Source: Parcubacteria group bacterium GW2011_GWC1_36_108 (GTDB taxonomy: Bacteria > Patescibacteriota > Minisyncoccia > Moranbacterales > GWC2-37-73). Taken from it: a stretch of DNA of 64,000 nucleotides. Where the stretch lies: the NCBI GenBank assembly GCA_000991245.1, contig LBRD01000007.1:37539-101538 (forward strand). The letters run 5' to 3'. Numbering within the stretch: the stretch's first letter is position 1; every line of letters starts with the position of its first letter. Positions 47,806 through 55,832 of the stretch are shown in pieces. A program made the position numbers and the translations under genes. The notes beneath the pieces were generated by a model, which was given only the letters and a program-made list of their open reading frames with translations, had not been told where the DNA came from and ran no database searches.

Positions 47806-50768
47806 AAATCAAATTTAAATTGGCGATTGTATCGCTGATTTTTTTTATCACTATCTCCCCAATTTCTTTTCCGGCTCTGCTTGATCATTCTCAAGCAGCT
47901 GATTATGAAGAAATCAGTGAGGATCAAGAGTGGACAATCGACAAAACTGTTGATAAGAACGTGGTTATTAAATCAGGCGTAACTTTGACGATTAAAAAAG
48001 GAGTTACCGTAACCTTTAAGAGCACATATATCGACGTTTATGGCAAAATGATTATTGCCGGCACATTGAAAAGCCCTGTGATATTTAAAAAAGCAGAAGA
48101 TTCGGAAAATTATGCAGTTTCAGTCTGGCAAGGAGGTAATTTGATTATGCGAAATGCTGATTTTAGCGGTGGCGGAGGTTTTTATTTTAATGTTTTGCAG
48201 AATGATTCAATTGTGAATAAAGCATATGCGTATGGAACATATTCTGCCGCAGTTCATGCACGTGGTGGAATTGTGAATATACAGGGAAGTAATTTTCACA
48301 ATAATGATGTTGCAGTGTATGTTGATAGCTCTAGTGCTGGAAAAGTTGTTGTCAGTAGGTCAAAATTTTTGAATAATTCACGGATTGACATTGCCTATGC
48401 CGGATATGGTCAACTAAGCAAGGTAGATGCCAGATATAATTGGTGGGGAAATATAGCGGGTCCATCCAATGTGTGTGTTGATCATAGTGATCCTTTTGGC
48501 GATTGTAAGATTGCAGGATCAGTCGATGTTTCAAATTGGCTCACGAGTGAAAATTTTCACGACCCAGTTGTTATCATTCCGGGAATTTTTGGTTCGCAAA
48601 AAGAAGACGAAATTTGGAAAATAGATCCGATTTTTCATACTTATGATAATTTGATTGATGAATTTAAAAATAATGGATATACGATTGGAAAAGATCTATT
48701 CCTTTTTCCGTATGAATGGCGTGACAGTAATAGTGTGAATGCCACAAAATTGAAATATAGAATAGCTGAAATAAAAACCATTGCCAAATGGCCAAAGGTT
48801 GATGTGGTGGCTCATTCGATGGGCGGTCTTTTGGCGCGCAAATATATTGAATCCAACATATATCAAAATGATGTTGATCAATTGATAACACTTGGAACTC
48901 CTAATTATGGTTCGCCAGAAATTTATCCTCTTTGGGAAGCAGGTGGAGCTATTGGCATGTCTCAGGTTATTATGAAAAAATTTCTTGCACAAGAAATGGA
49001 AGAGGCTGGATACGAGACTATGTTTGAATATATCCGAAAGCGTCCAATTTCTTCAGCTCAAGAGCTTTTGCCAAATTATGAATATTTGTATGACACTGAT
49101 GCAAACAAGCCTTTGATTTATCCAGCTGATTATCCCGTTAATGTTTTTTTGGACAATCTGAACAGTGAAGATAATGTTGAAAAATTAACCAATGTTGAAT
49201 ACATAAAGATTATAGGCAAGGTGGATAGTGATAAAAGTACAATTGTTGGATTTGATATTATTAAAACAGATATGGGAGAATTGTGGCAACACGGTTATCC
49301 TGTTGGTTTTGAAATTCCTTTAATTGGAGATAGAGGTGCTATAAGTGGGGATGGGGATGGAACTGTCCCACTTTCATCAGCCAAGAGTGTTGAAATTCCA
49401 TCAGACAATTATCTTGAATTGAATTTTTCTCATTCTGATTTGCCAACAAAAGCACAAAAAGATGTGTTGGAGACTCTGACAAACGTTCGTCCAACGTCAG
49501 AGGTTACTGACTGGTTAATAAAAAACATATTGCAAACCTGGGCGCACTCTCCAGTAGATATCCAAATCATTTCTCCAACCAACAAAAAATATGGAAAGGA
49601 TTTTGAAAACAACAAAAATTTTGAAAGCATTGACGGTTCATTCTATACTGGCTTTAAAACTGAAAATGAGTTTATCACAATTCCAAATCCTGAAGACGGA
49701 GAATACAAAGTTTTAACACAAGGAACTGAAAATGGAGGAGCGTATCGTATTGAAATGGTTAATCTTTCTCAGAATGAATCCAATGAAGCTTTAGAGTCCA
49801 CAGTTGAAATCGCTGGTTCTTCAATTCCCGATGAAACTGAAGAACTGAGAGTTGAAATTAATGATGGGGAGATAATAGAAAAAAATCAAGATGAAATTGC
49901 GCCAGTGACTGAGTCTTCTATTACTGGGACACAAGGAAGTAATGATTGGTGCACAGGTGACGTTGAATTAACATTGTCTGCAACTGACAACGTTAATGGA
50001 AGTGGCGTCGCAAAAACCGAATATTCTCTGGATGACGGAAAGACTTGGACAACATATGAAAGCCCAGTCGTTTTCTCGCAAGAAGGAATTTTTGATGTTT
50101 CATATCGTTCTGTTGATAAAAAAGACAACATCGAAGAAATAAAAAAAGTCACGATTAAAATTGACAAAACTTCCCCCGAAGCAAAAATGACTTTCAATTC
50201 AATAACTCAAAAACTTGAGGTGCTTGGCACAGATAATCTTTTGCAAAATGTTTCCGTGGAAACGAGAGAACAAACTATTTTCGTCGATAATAATCAAGAC
50301 GAGAAAAAGCAAAAATCCTGGGCTTGGGGATGGTTTCAAAAAGAAAAACCGAAAGAAAAGAAAATAATCGTAACTGCAACATTGACTGATCAAGCAGGGC
50401 ACAAAACTGAACTTGTTTGGGAAAAGAAAAAGAACAAAGACCGACGCATTGACCTTGCAATATCTTCAATTTCATATGATGGTCAAAAGACAAACATTGA
50501 TAAGGGAATTTTGCAATATAAGTGGTTACAAGATTGGAAAAGGAATAAATATCTTATTTTTGCTTCACATCTTAGCACTGAGTCAATGTCATTAGAATCT
50601 CATTATTTTCCAAACAAAAATCAAACGTGGCTTATGGAAAAACCGAATGAAATTGCTGATGATGACAAAAATGACAATGCTGAAAAACGTCCAGTTTGGA
50701 AAAAAATGACGGGAATGATAATCCCGAGTATACTAATAGAAAAGGGTGCTATTAAAATAAGTTATTAA
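47802..50768 (+). CDS. Large secreted multidomain alpha/beta-hydrolase (lipase/acyltransferase-like)
   Basis: Signal peptide, beta-helix-like region ending DARYNWWG, IIPGIFGS, YEWR, AHSMGG, GDGTV, C-terminal Ig-like module. Confidence 0.8.
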   Translation: MKIKFKLAIVSLIFFITISPISFPALLDHSQAADYEEISEDQEWTIDKTVDKNVVIKSGVTLTIKKGVTVTFKSTYIDVYGKMIIAGTLKSPVIFKKAEDSENYAVSVWQGGNLIMRNADFSGGGGFYFNVLQNDSIVNKAYAYGTYSAAVHARGGIVNIQGSNFHNNDVAVYVDSSSAGKVVVSRSKFLNNSRIDIAYAGYGQLSKVDARYNWWGNIAGPSNVCVDHSDPFGDCKIAGSVDVSNWLTSENFHDPVVIIPGIFGSQKEDEIWKIDPIFHTYDNLIDEFKNNGYTIGKDLFLFPYEWRDSNSVNATKLKYRIAEIKTIAKWPKVDVVAHSMGGLLARKYIESNIYQNDVDQLITLGTPNYGSPEIYPLWEAGGAIGMSQVIMKKFLAQEMEEAGYETMFEYIRKRPISSAQELLPNYEYLYDTDANKPLIYPADYPVNVFLDNLNSEDNVEKLTNVEYIKIIGKVDSDKSTIVGFDIIKTDMGELWQHGYPVGFEIPLIGDRGAISGDGDGTVPLSSAKSVEIPSDNYLELNFSHSDLPTKAQKDVLETLTNVRPTSEVTDWLIKNILQTWAHSPVDIQIISPTNKKYGKDFENNKNFESIDGSFYTGFKTENEFITIPNPEDGEYKVLTQGTENGGAYRIEMVNLSQNESNEALESTVEIAGSSIPDETEELRVEINDGEIIEKNQDEIAPVTESSITGTQGSNDWCTGDVELTLSATDNVNGSGVAKTEYSLDDGKTWTTYESPVVFSQEGIFDVSYRSVDKKDNIEEIKKVTIKIDKTSPEAKMTFNSITQKLEVLGTDNLLQNVSVETREQTIFVDNNQDEKKQKSWAWGWFQKEKPKEKKIIVTATLTDQAGHKTELVWEKKKNKDRRIDLAISSISYDGQKTNIDKGILQYKWLQDWKRNKYLIFASHLSTESMSLESHYFPNKNQTWLMEKPNEIADDDKNDNAEKRPVWKKMTGMIIPSILIEKGAIKISY

Positions 50769-50793
50769 TTTTAATAAATATTAATAAAAATAT

Positions 50794-51189
50794 ATGACAA
50801 AAAAAAGAGCATTATTTCTTAGTGTTTGCGGGGCAATAATTTTTAGTGTTGCGATAACTATTTCAGTGAAAGGTTTTTGTTTGATAGATTTAATTTGCAG
50901 TAGATCACATGATGATTCGGTGGCATTTATTTTTTTTCCAACAATTACTCTTTTTATTTTCTCTCTCATTACATATCCAATGCAGGATAAAATTTTCCAA
51001 TCTTGGTGGCGTTTTGCTCGCATCTGGATTCCGCTTTCAATGTTAGCAATTTTGATATCACCTTCATATTCGCATAATTTTATTTTTCCAATTGAAAAGG
51101 GAGCCGTAGCATTTTTCTCTTCAGCACTTTTCGTCATAATTAGCCTTGTTCAAATAATTTTGACTTCCCGAAAATTAAAGAGAAGCTAA
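50794..51189 (+). CDS. Small four-TM membrane protein
   Basis: Hydrophobic ORF after the hydrolase. Confidence 0.7.
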   Translation: MTKKRALFLSVCGAIIFSVAITISVKGFCLIDLICSRSHDDSVAFIFFPTITLFIFSLITYPMQDKIFQSWWRFARIWIPLSMLAILISPSYSHNFIFPIEKGAVAFFSSALFVIISLVQIILTSRKLKRS

Positions 51190-51301
51190 TAAAAGTAAGG
51201 CGTAATCTTTCGCGTAGTGTTGCGCTGTTTCCATTATTTTTTTTAAAAGTAGTTTTAGCTGTGAGGTAATATAGATATAGCAGCAATGGAATTATATTAA
51301 C

Positions 51302-51342
51302 TTGGCGCCAATAGAATGCGGTCGTCAGCTACTGGCGCCGGG
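51302..51342 (+). repeat. 41-bp hairpin repeat, copy 1
   Basis: TTGGCGCCAATAGAATGCGGTCGTCAGCTACTGGCGCCGGG. Confidence 0.9.
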
Positions 51343-51390
51343 TAGTGTTTAATATAATATAAAAGAGATAATTTAATTGATAAAAATATT

Positions 51391-51957
51391 GTGAACAAGG
51401 GTAAGAAAAAATTTAAAAGTCCAATAAAGAAAAAGGCACTGTTGCTTCTTGCAGGTGGTGTTGCTCTTGGTCTTGCACGAAATCCTAGGTCGCAGCAATA
51501 TATATTTAAAACACTAAAAAGGGATTGGAAGGAAATAAATAAAAAATATTTATATAAAATTGTCAAAGAATTTAGAGAGGAAAGGTTGGTTGATTATATT
51601 GAGAAAGCGGACGGTAGCGTGAAGATTGTGCTTACTGAAAAAGGAAAAAATATTATTCTTAATTTTGATATAGATAGAATAAAAATAAAAAAACCAATTC
51701 GTTGGGATAAAAAATGGCGATTTGTATTTTTTGATATACCTGAAAAACGAAGATCCGAAAGAAATGTTTTGAGAAATAAATTAAAAGATTTGAAATTTTA
51801 TGAAATTCAAAAATCAATTTTCGTGCATCCTTATCCGTGTTTAGATGAAGTTAATTTTGTTATTGAATATTTTAATTTGAGAAATATGGTTCGTTATGGG
51901 GAAGTGACAAATATTTCAAATGAGGAGGAATTAAAATTGAAATGTAATCTTTTTTAA
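51391..51957 (+). CDS. PaaX-like protein: winged HTH plus Cas2-like ferredoxin-fold domain
   Basis: LTEKG wing; WDKKWRFVFFDIPEKRR..R..LR.KL..L.FYEIQKSIF. Confidence 0.8.
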   Translation: MNKGKKKFKSPIKKKALLLLAGGVALGLARNPRSQQYIFKTLKRDWKEINKKYLYKIVKEFREERLVDYIEKADGSVKIVLTEKGKNIILNFDIDRIKIKKPIRWDKKWRFVFFDIPEKRRSERNVLRNKLKDLKFYEIQKSIFVHPYPCLDEVNFVIEYFNLRNMVRYGEVTNISNEEELKLKCNLF

Positions 51958-52035
51958 AAAGGCACTTTTCTTTTTAGCTCGTTTATGTTTTGCTTGCTCG
52001 TGTTTCTTGTTTGCTGCGGCACTATTTTATTTTAA

Positions 52036-52076
52036 TTGGCGCCACTTTTGTGCGGTCGTCAGTTAGTGGCGCCAGG
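52036..52076 (+). repeat. 41-bp hairpin repeat, copy 2
   Basis: TTGGCGCCACTTTTGTGCGGTCGTCAGTTAGTGGCGCCAGG. Confidence 0.9.
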
Positions 52077-52143
52077 CTTATTATGGTGAAATAGTATTTT
52101 AAATTGCAAAAAAATACATATCTTTTATAATGTATTTATTTTA

Positions 52144-52184
52144 TTGGCGCCAGTAGAATGCGGTCGTCAGTTAGTGGCGCCGGG
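52144..52184 (+). repeat. 41-bp hairpin repeat, copy 3
   Basis: TTGGCGCCAGTAGAATGCGGTCGTCAGTTAGTGGCGCCGGG. Confidence 0.9.
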
Positions 52185-52535
52185 CTTCTTGATGGTGGAG
52201 CTTATAAAAAGCTTGAATTATTGGAAAAATAAATAATAAAAGCTAAATCCAGAAATTTCGGAATTTGTTAAGGCAGTAACCTGTGCAAAAATTGCACATG
52301 TTACTGTGTATGGAAAAGTTAGAAAAATCAACCTGTTCCATTTTGGAACAGGTTGATGTAGATAAGAAAACAAGAAAGAATAATTTAGTAAAGTGTTACC
52401 TATGTGCTCATCTAGTTAAAATACTTGACAAGATCTTAAAAATACTGTACAAAAAGGGATGGTAGTATGGTAATTTTAACAATTCAAGAATCTGCAAATT
52501 TGCAGAAAAAATAACCCAGAAAAAGGAGAAAAAAG

Positions 52536-53009
52536 ATGCCAGTTCCAATGAAAAAGTCGTCAGATGAAGTTTTTCGGTCAAACGGTGAGGATTTGGAGTA
52601 CAGAAGTGCTCAAGGTTCGCCTCATGTCACAGGGGAGATTGAAAAACCAGTTCCCAGTTGTAAACAGAGTATTTTTTTGAAGATAAAGGGTGAAGCTGGC
52701 GGAAGACAGGCCTTGGGCGCGCGAATCTCGGAAATTTTGCTGAAAATTTTCGGCAAAACAAACCAAAAATGTAAAATTGAGGATCTATCCATCTTGGATG
52801 GACAATATCTCTCGGAGTTTTTTGAAGTATTGACTAAGATCTTTAAGGAAGGACGCGTGGAAGATGTGGAGCCACTCAACCTTTTCTTGTCAGGGTTTAG
52901 TGAACCAGACCTTTCCAGATTGCAGAACCTGTCAACTCATGACAAAATCGGCAATAACATTCTGAGTGAGGGTATAGGCAACTCACTAAAAACCAAAAGA
53001 AGGAGATAG
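52536..53009 (+). CDS. Hypothetical orphan protein
   Basis: SD AAGGAG; terminator at about 53033-53064. Confidence 0.6.
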   Translation: MPVPMKKSSDEVFRSNGEDLEYRSAQGSPHVTGEIEKPVPSCKQSIFLKIKGEAGGRQALGARISEILLKIFGKTNQKCKIEDLSILDGQYLSEFFEVLTKIFKEGRVEDVEPLNLFLSGFSEPDLSRLQNLSTHDKIGNNILSEGIGNSLKTKRRR

Positions 53010-53127
53010 CCTGGGGGATGAGAATTAATATGAAGGGGGAACGAATTTTCGTTCTCCCTTTTTTCTTGTCCTTTATGTTGTATCTTTAGCTTGCAAAGTA
53101 GCTCTTTTTGTTATATGATGGGATTGT

Positions 53128-53415
53128 ATGGTTACAGAAATATACATAAATAGGATCAAGGAAATTTTACAAAAACATCTCACTAATAATGAGAAAGTTT
53201 TTATTTTTGGCTCAAGTGTGGACGGTGAAAAGTTTGGTGATGTGGATTTGGCAGTAGTTTCTGAGCAATCAGTGGATGAAAGAATAATGCGCCAAATTAG
53301 AGAGGATTTGGAGGAATCAACACTGCCGTATAAATTTGATTTGGTGGATATTAATCAAACTAATGATCCATTTCGCACCCGCGTGCTGAATGGTCCAAAA
53401 TTATGGATTATCTAG
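53128..53415 (+). CDS. Minimal nucleotidyltransferase (MNT antitoxin-like)
   Basis: FGS..GDVDLAV..FDLVD motifs. Confidence 0.85.
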   Translation: MVTEIYINRIKEILQKHLTNNEKVFIFGSSVDGEKFGDVDLAVVSEQSVDERIMRQIREDLEESTLPYKFDLVDINQTNDPFRTRVLNGPKLWII

Positions 53416-53798
53416 AAGAAAAACATACACAACTTGAGCAAGCATTAAAAAAATGGAAGCAAGTGCTGGATATGCCTTTTTCGGATATAAATAGAGACGC
53501 ATCAATTCAGAGATATGAATTTTCTTTTGAATTGCTTTGGAAAGTAGTTAAAAAATATCTCAAAGAGATTGAAGGTTTTGAATGTAATTCACCTAAATCA
53601 TGTTTTCGAGAAATTCGTATGACATTGGATTTAAATGAATCTGACATTGAAATATGCATAAGTATGACGGAGGATAGAAATTTGTCAGTGCACACATATT
53701 CAGAGGAGATGGCGAACAATTTATATGCAAAACTGCCAGAATATGCCAGAGTTTCAAAATTAATTGCAAAAAAAATAAAAGAAAAAGCAAAAATATAA
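53403..53798 (+). CDS. HI0074-family HEPN-like protein
   Basis: IQRYEFSFELLWK, SPK, RNLSVHTY (Rx4H); overlaps the MNT gene. Confidence 0.85.
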   Translation: MDYLEEKHTQLEQALKKWKQVLDMPFSDINRDASIQRYEFSFELLWKVVKKYLKEIEGFECNSPKSCFREIRMTLDLNESDIEICISMTEDRNLSVHTYSEEMANNLYAKLPEYARVSKLIAKKIKEKAKI

Positions 53799-53870
53799 AA
53801 AATTTACAATGACTAAGGAAGTTCAAAATTTATTTATTATTTAGTTAACGTGTTGACGGGTTAACGAGTT

Positions 53871-53939
53871 ATGAAAATACAAAAATTTGATTCTATTGTG
53901 AAATTTTCTGAATTGGAACGCTTTATTGATCAAAAATAA
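53871..53939 (+). pseudogene. Chimeric fragment containing 18 codons of wzt
   Basis: 53881-53936 matches 56218-56273 at 53/56 nt. Confidence 0.7.
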
Positions 53940-54037
53940 AAAAACTTTTAACTTTTAATTATGGCGAATTTGCCATAATTACCAGCTTAAATTAAAAAAA
54001 CCAGTTTGATACTGGTTTTTTTGCTACCCCCTGTTCG

Positions 54038-54232
54038 TTATTTACAAGAGTTGGTTTGAAGTTCGCCAAATTTACGCTCATATTCCTTCAAGAGATCTTT
54101 TTGGTCTTGTGCTGAAAGATCTGCAGCCTTCCGTATGATTTTTTGCTGCTCTGCCACAGGAAGATCAAAGAAATTAATTTTTTCTTTGTTCGTATCTTTT
54201 TTGCTGATGTGTGATATGATTTTTTTTAACAT
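54038..54232 (-). CDS. Small hypothetical protein
   Basis: Upstream TTGACA..TATAAT; downstream terminator at 53994-54021. Confidence 0.6.
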   Translation of the reverse strand: MLKKIISHISKKDTNKEKINFFDLPVAEQQKIIRKAADLSAQDQKDLLKEYERKFGELQTNSCK

Positions 54233-54520
54233 AATATTGTATTTAATGATTCTTTATTATATATAATTTTGATGTAATTGTCAATATTGCAATCAATATT
54301 TTTGCTTCCTCTGCTATTTGTATTTCATCTGTTTGTATCATGCTTTGATTTTACCATTTTTTCATTTTCAGTACAATGCATGCCCAATGCGTTAAGCGTT
54401 GTATTTTTGCATTTAAAATGATAAAATTGATTAGTAAAATATACTCAATTAATATTGATTTAAATAATCACATAAAAATAAAAATAGATATCAAAAACTA
54501 AGATAAAAAGAAAAAAATAT

Positions 54521-55081
54521 ATGCACATATTTGTTGATGAATCTGGAATACATAAAGAAACTGGAAAATCTTCAGTTGCGTTGGTTTATGTTTTAACAGA
54601 AGATGTAAAATTTCTTAATGAAGCCATAATTAGGGCTGAAAAATCATTAAGAATAAAAAATTTTCATTGGACTGATTGTTCGTGGAAAATAAGGATTGAA
54701 TTTTTCAAGCTTATATTGAAGGAAAATTTTTCTGTAAGAGTTTCAATTATACGAAATCCTTTCAGTAAAAACGATTTTGAAGAGTCAATCAAGCTGCTGT
54801 TGTTGGAAAAGAAATTTAAAAAAGTTGTAATAGATGGCAAGAAGCCAAAATGGTATGCATTAAAAATGAAAAAGCTGTTGCGAGATTCTGGAATTTCTGT
54901 AAAAAAAATAAATATGGCCAATGACGAAGCGCATCCATGTTTGAGGTTGGCTGATGCTTATGCTGGTTTGTCTAGGGCATACTGGGAAGGGAGGGAAAAT
55001 AAGAATGTGGATAGTTTGTATGAAATAGCTCGGAAGAAAATAAAAACCACCCAACTGGTGGATGGTCAGACAGTCCAGTAG
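54521..55081 (+). CDS. DUF3800-like RNase H-fold protein
   Basis: N-terminal FVDESG, FHW, C-terminal LRLAD. Confidence 0.8.
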   Translation: MHIFVDESGIHKETGKSSVALVYVLTEDVKFLNEAIIRAEKSLRIKNFHWTDCSWKIRIEFFKLILKENFSVRVSIIRNPFSKNDFEESIKLLLLEKKFKKVVIDGKKPKWYALKMKKLLRDSGISVKKINMANDEAHPCLRLADAYAGLSRAYWEGRENKNVDSLYEIARKKIKTTQLVDGQTVQ

Positions 55082-55130
55082 CTATTGCTAGCTTTCTCGC
55101 ACGGAGATTTGTCCTGGGTATCTAGTTATA
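55038..55130 (-). ncRNA. Candidate structured small RNA antisense to the DUF3800 3' end
   Basis: Promoter TTGACG-N17-TATGCT (55164-55136), multibranch fold, terminator. Confidence 0.6.
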
Positions 55131-55211
55131 TTCAAAGCATAGCATAAAGACTAAAATACGTCAATAGCGCTATGCATCATTATATACGGATTATATTAGA
55201 AAAATATTTCA

Positions 55212-55295
55212 AAAAACAAAAACCCCCGTTTATAGGGGGAATAGCCTATCCCTTTCGAGAAACCCGCCATACGGTCGGTGTTCGGCTAACATTTG
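55212..55295 (-). ncRNA. Second candidate structured small RNA
   Basis: Promoter TTGACA-N17-TATAAT (55329-55301), multibranch fold, CCCCC/GGGGG terminator. Confidence 0.6.
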
Positions 55296-55565
55296 ACTTT
55301 ATTATAGACAATTTTTACAATGCTGTCAATGGTTAATACTCCTTCCGCTATTATTAATTTCAAAAATGAAATGTTACGGATAGAGTGGCTATTTTAAGCC
55401 ATTTTTTATTATATAATTGTGTTGCAAATTTACCCATATAATGATAAACTTTATTAGTGAAAAAAAGTGAAGAAGATGTACTTTTTTGTTTATTTGAATG
55501 ATGCAAGGGCAATTTTCCACATTTCTTTTTCCCGCAAAAAGAAACCTGGAGGAAAGAAAAGCTCA

Positions 55566-55703
55566 CACCTGATGAAGATACTGTGGCAAAAACTTCGCTC
55601 TTCGCTAGAATTTACACTTCGCTCGTAGTCTGCTGACTCTCGCTACGTTTCAAAATTCCTTAACGCTCATCACTCGTTTTTTGCCTACGTACTTCATATG
55701 GTG
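55566..55703. repeat. Imperfect palindromic element with internal (T)CGCT motifs
   Basis: CACC..ATGAAG.TAC..GGCAAAAA ... TTTTTGCC..GTACTTCAT..GGTG. Confidence 0.55.
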
Positions 55704-55832
55704 CAAAGGGAATGCGGAATGCGAATACTGAAGAATACAGAGAGGGGTAGAGAGAATGGAAGAATTAGTTTAAAATTAAATAATTGAAAAATTAAGATTT
55801 GAATCGAAATTCAAAATTCAAAATTCGAAATT

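Noticed and set aside
51302-52184. Canonical CRISPR array with cas2
   Set aside because: Only three copies, irregular spacing with a gene between copies 1 and 2, and no cas1 or effector genes; kept as a non-canonical repeat system
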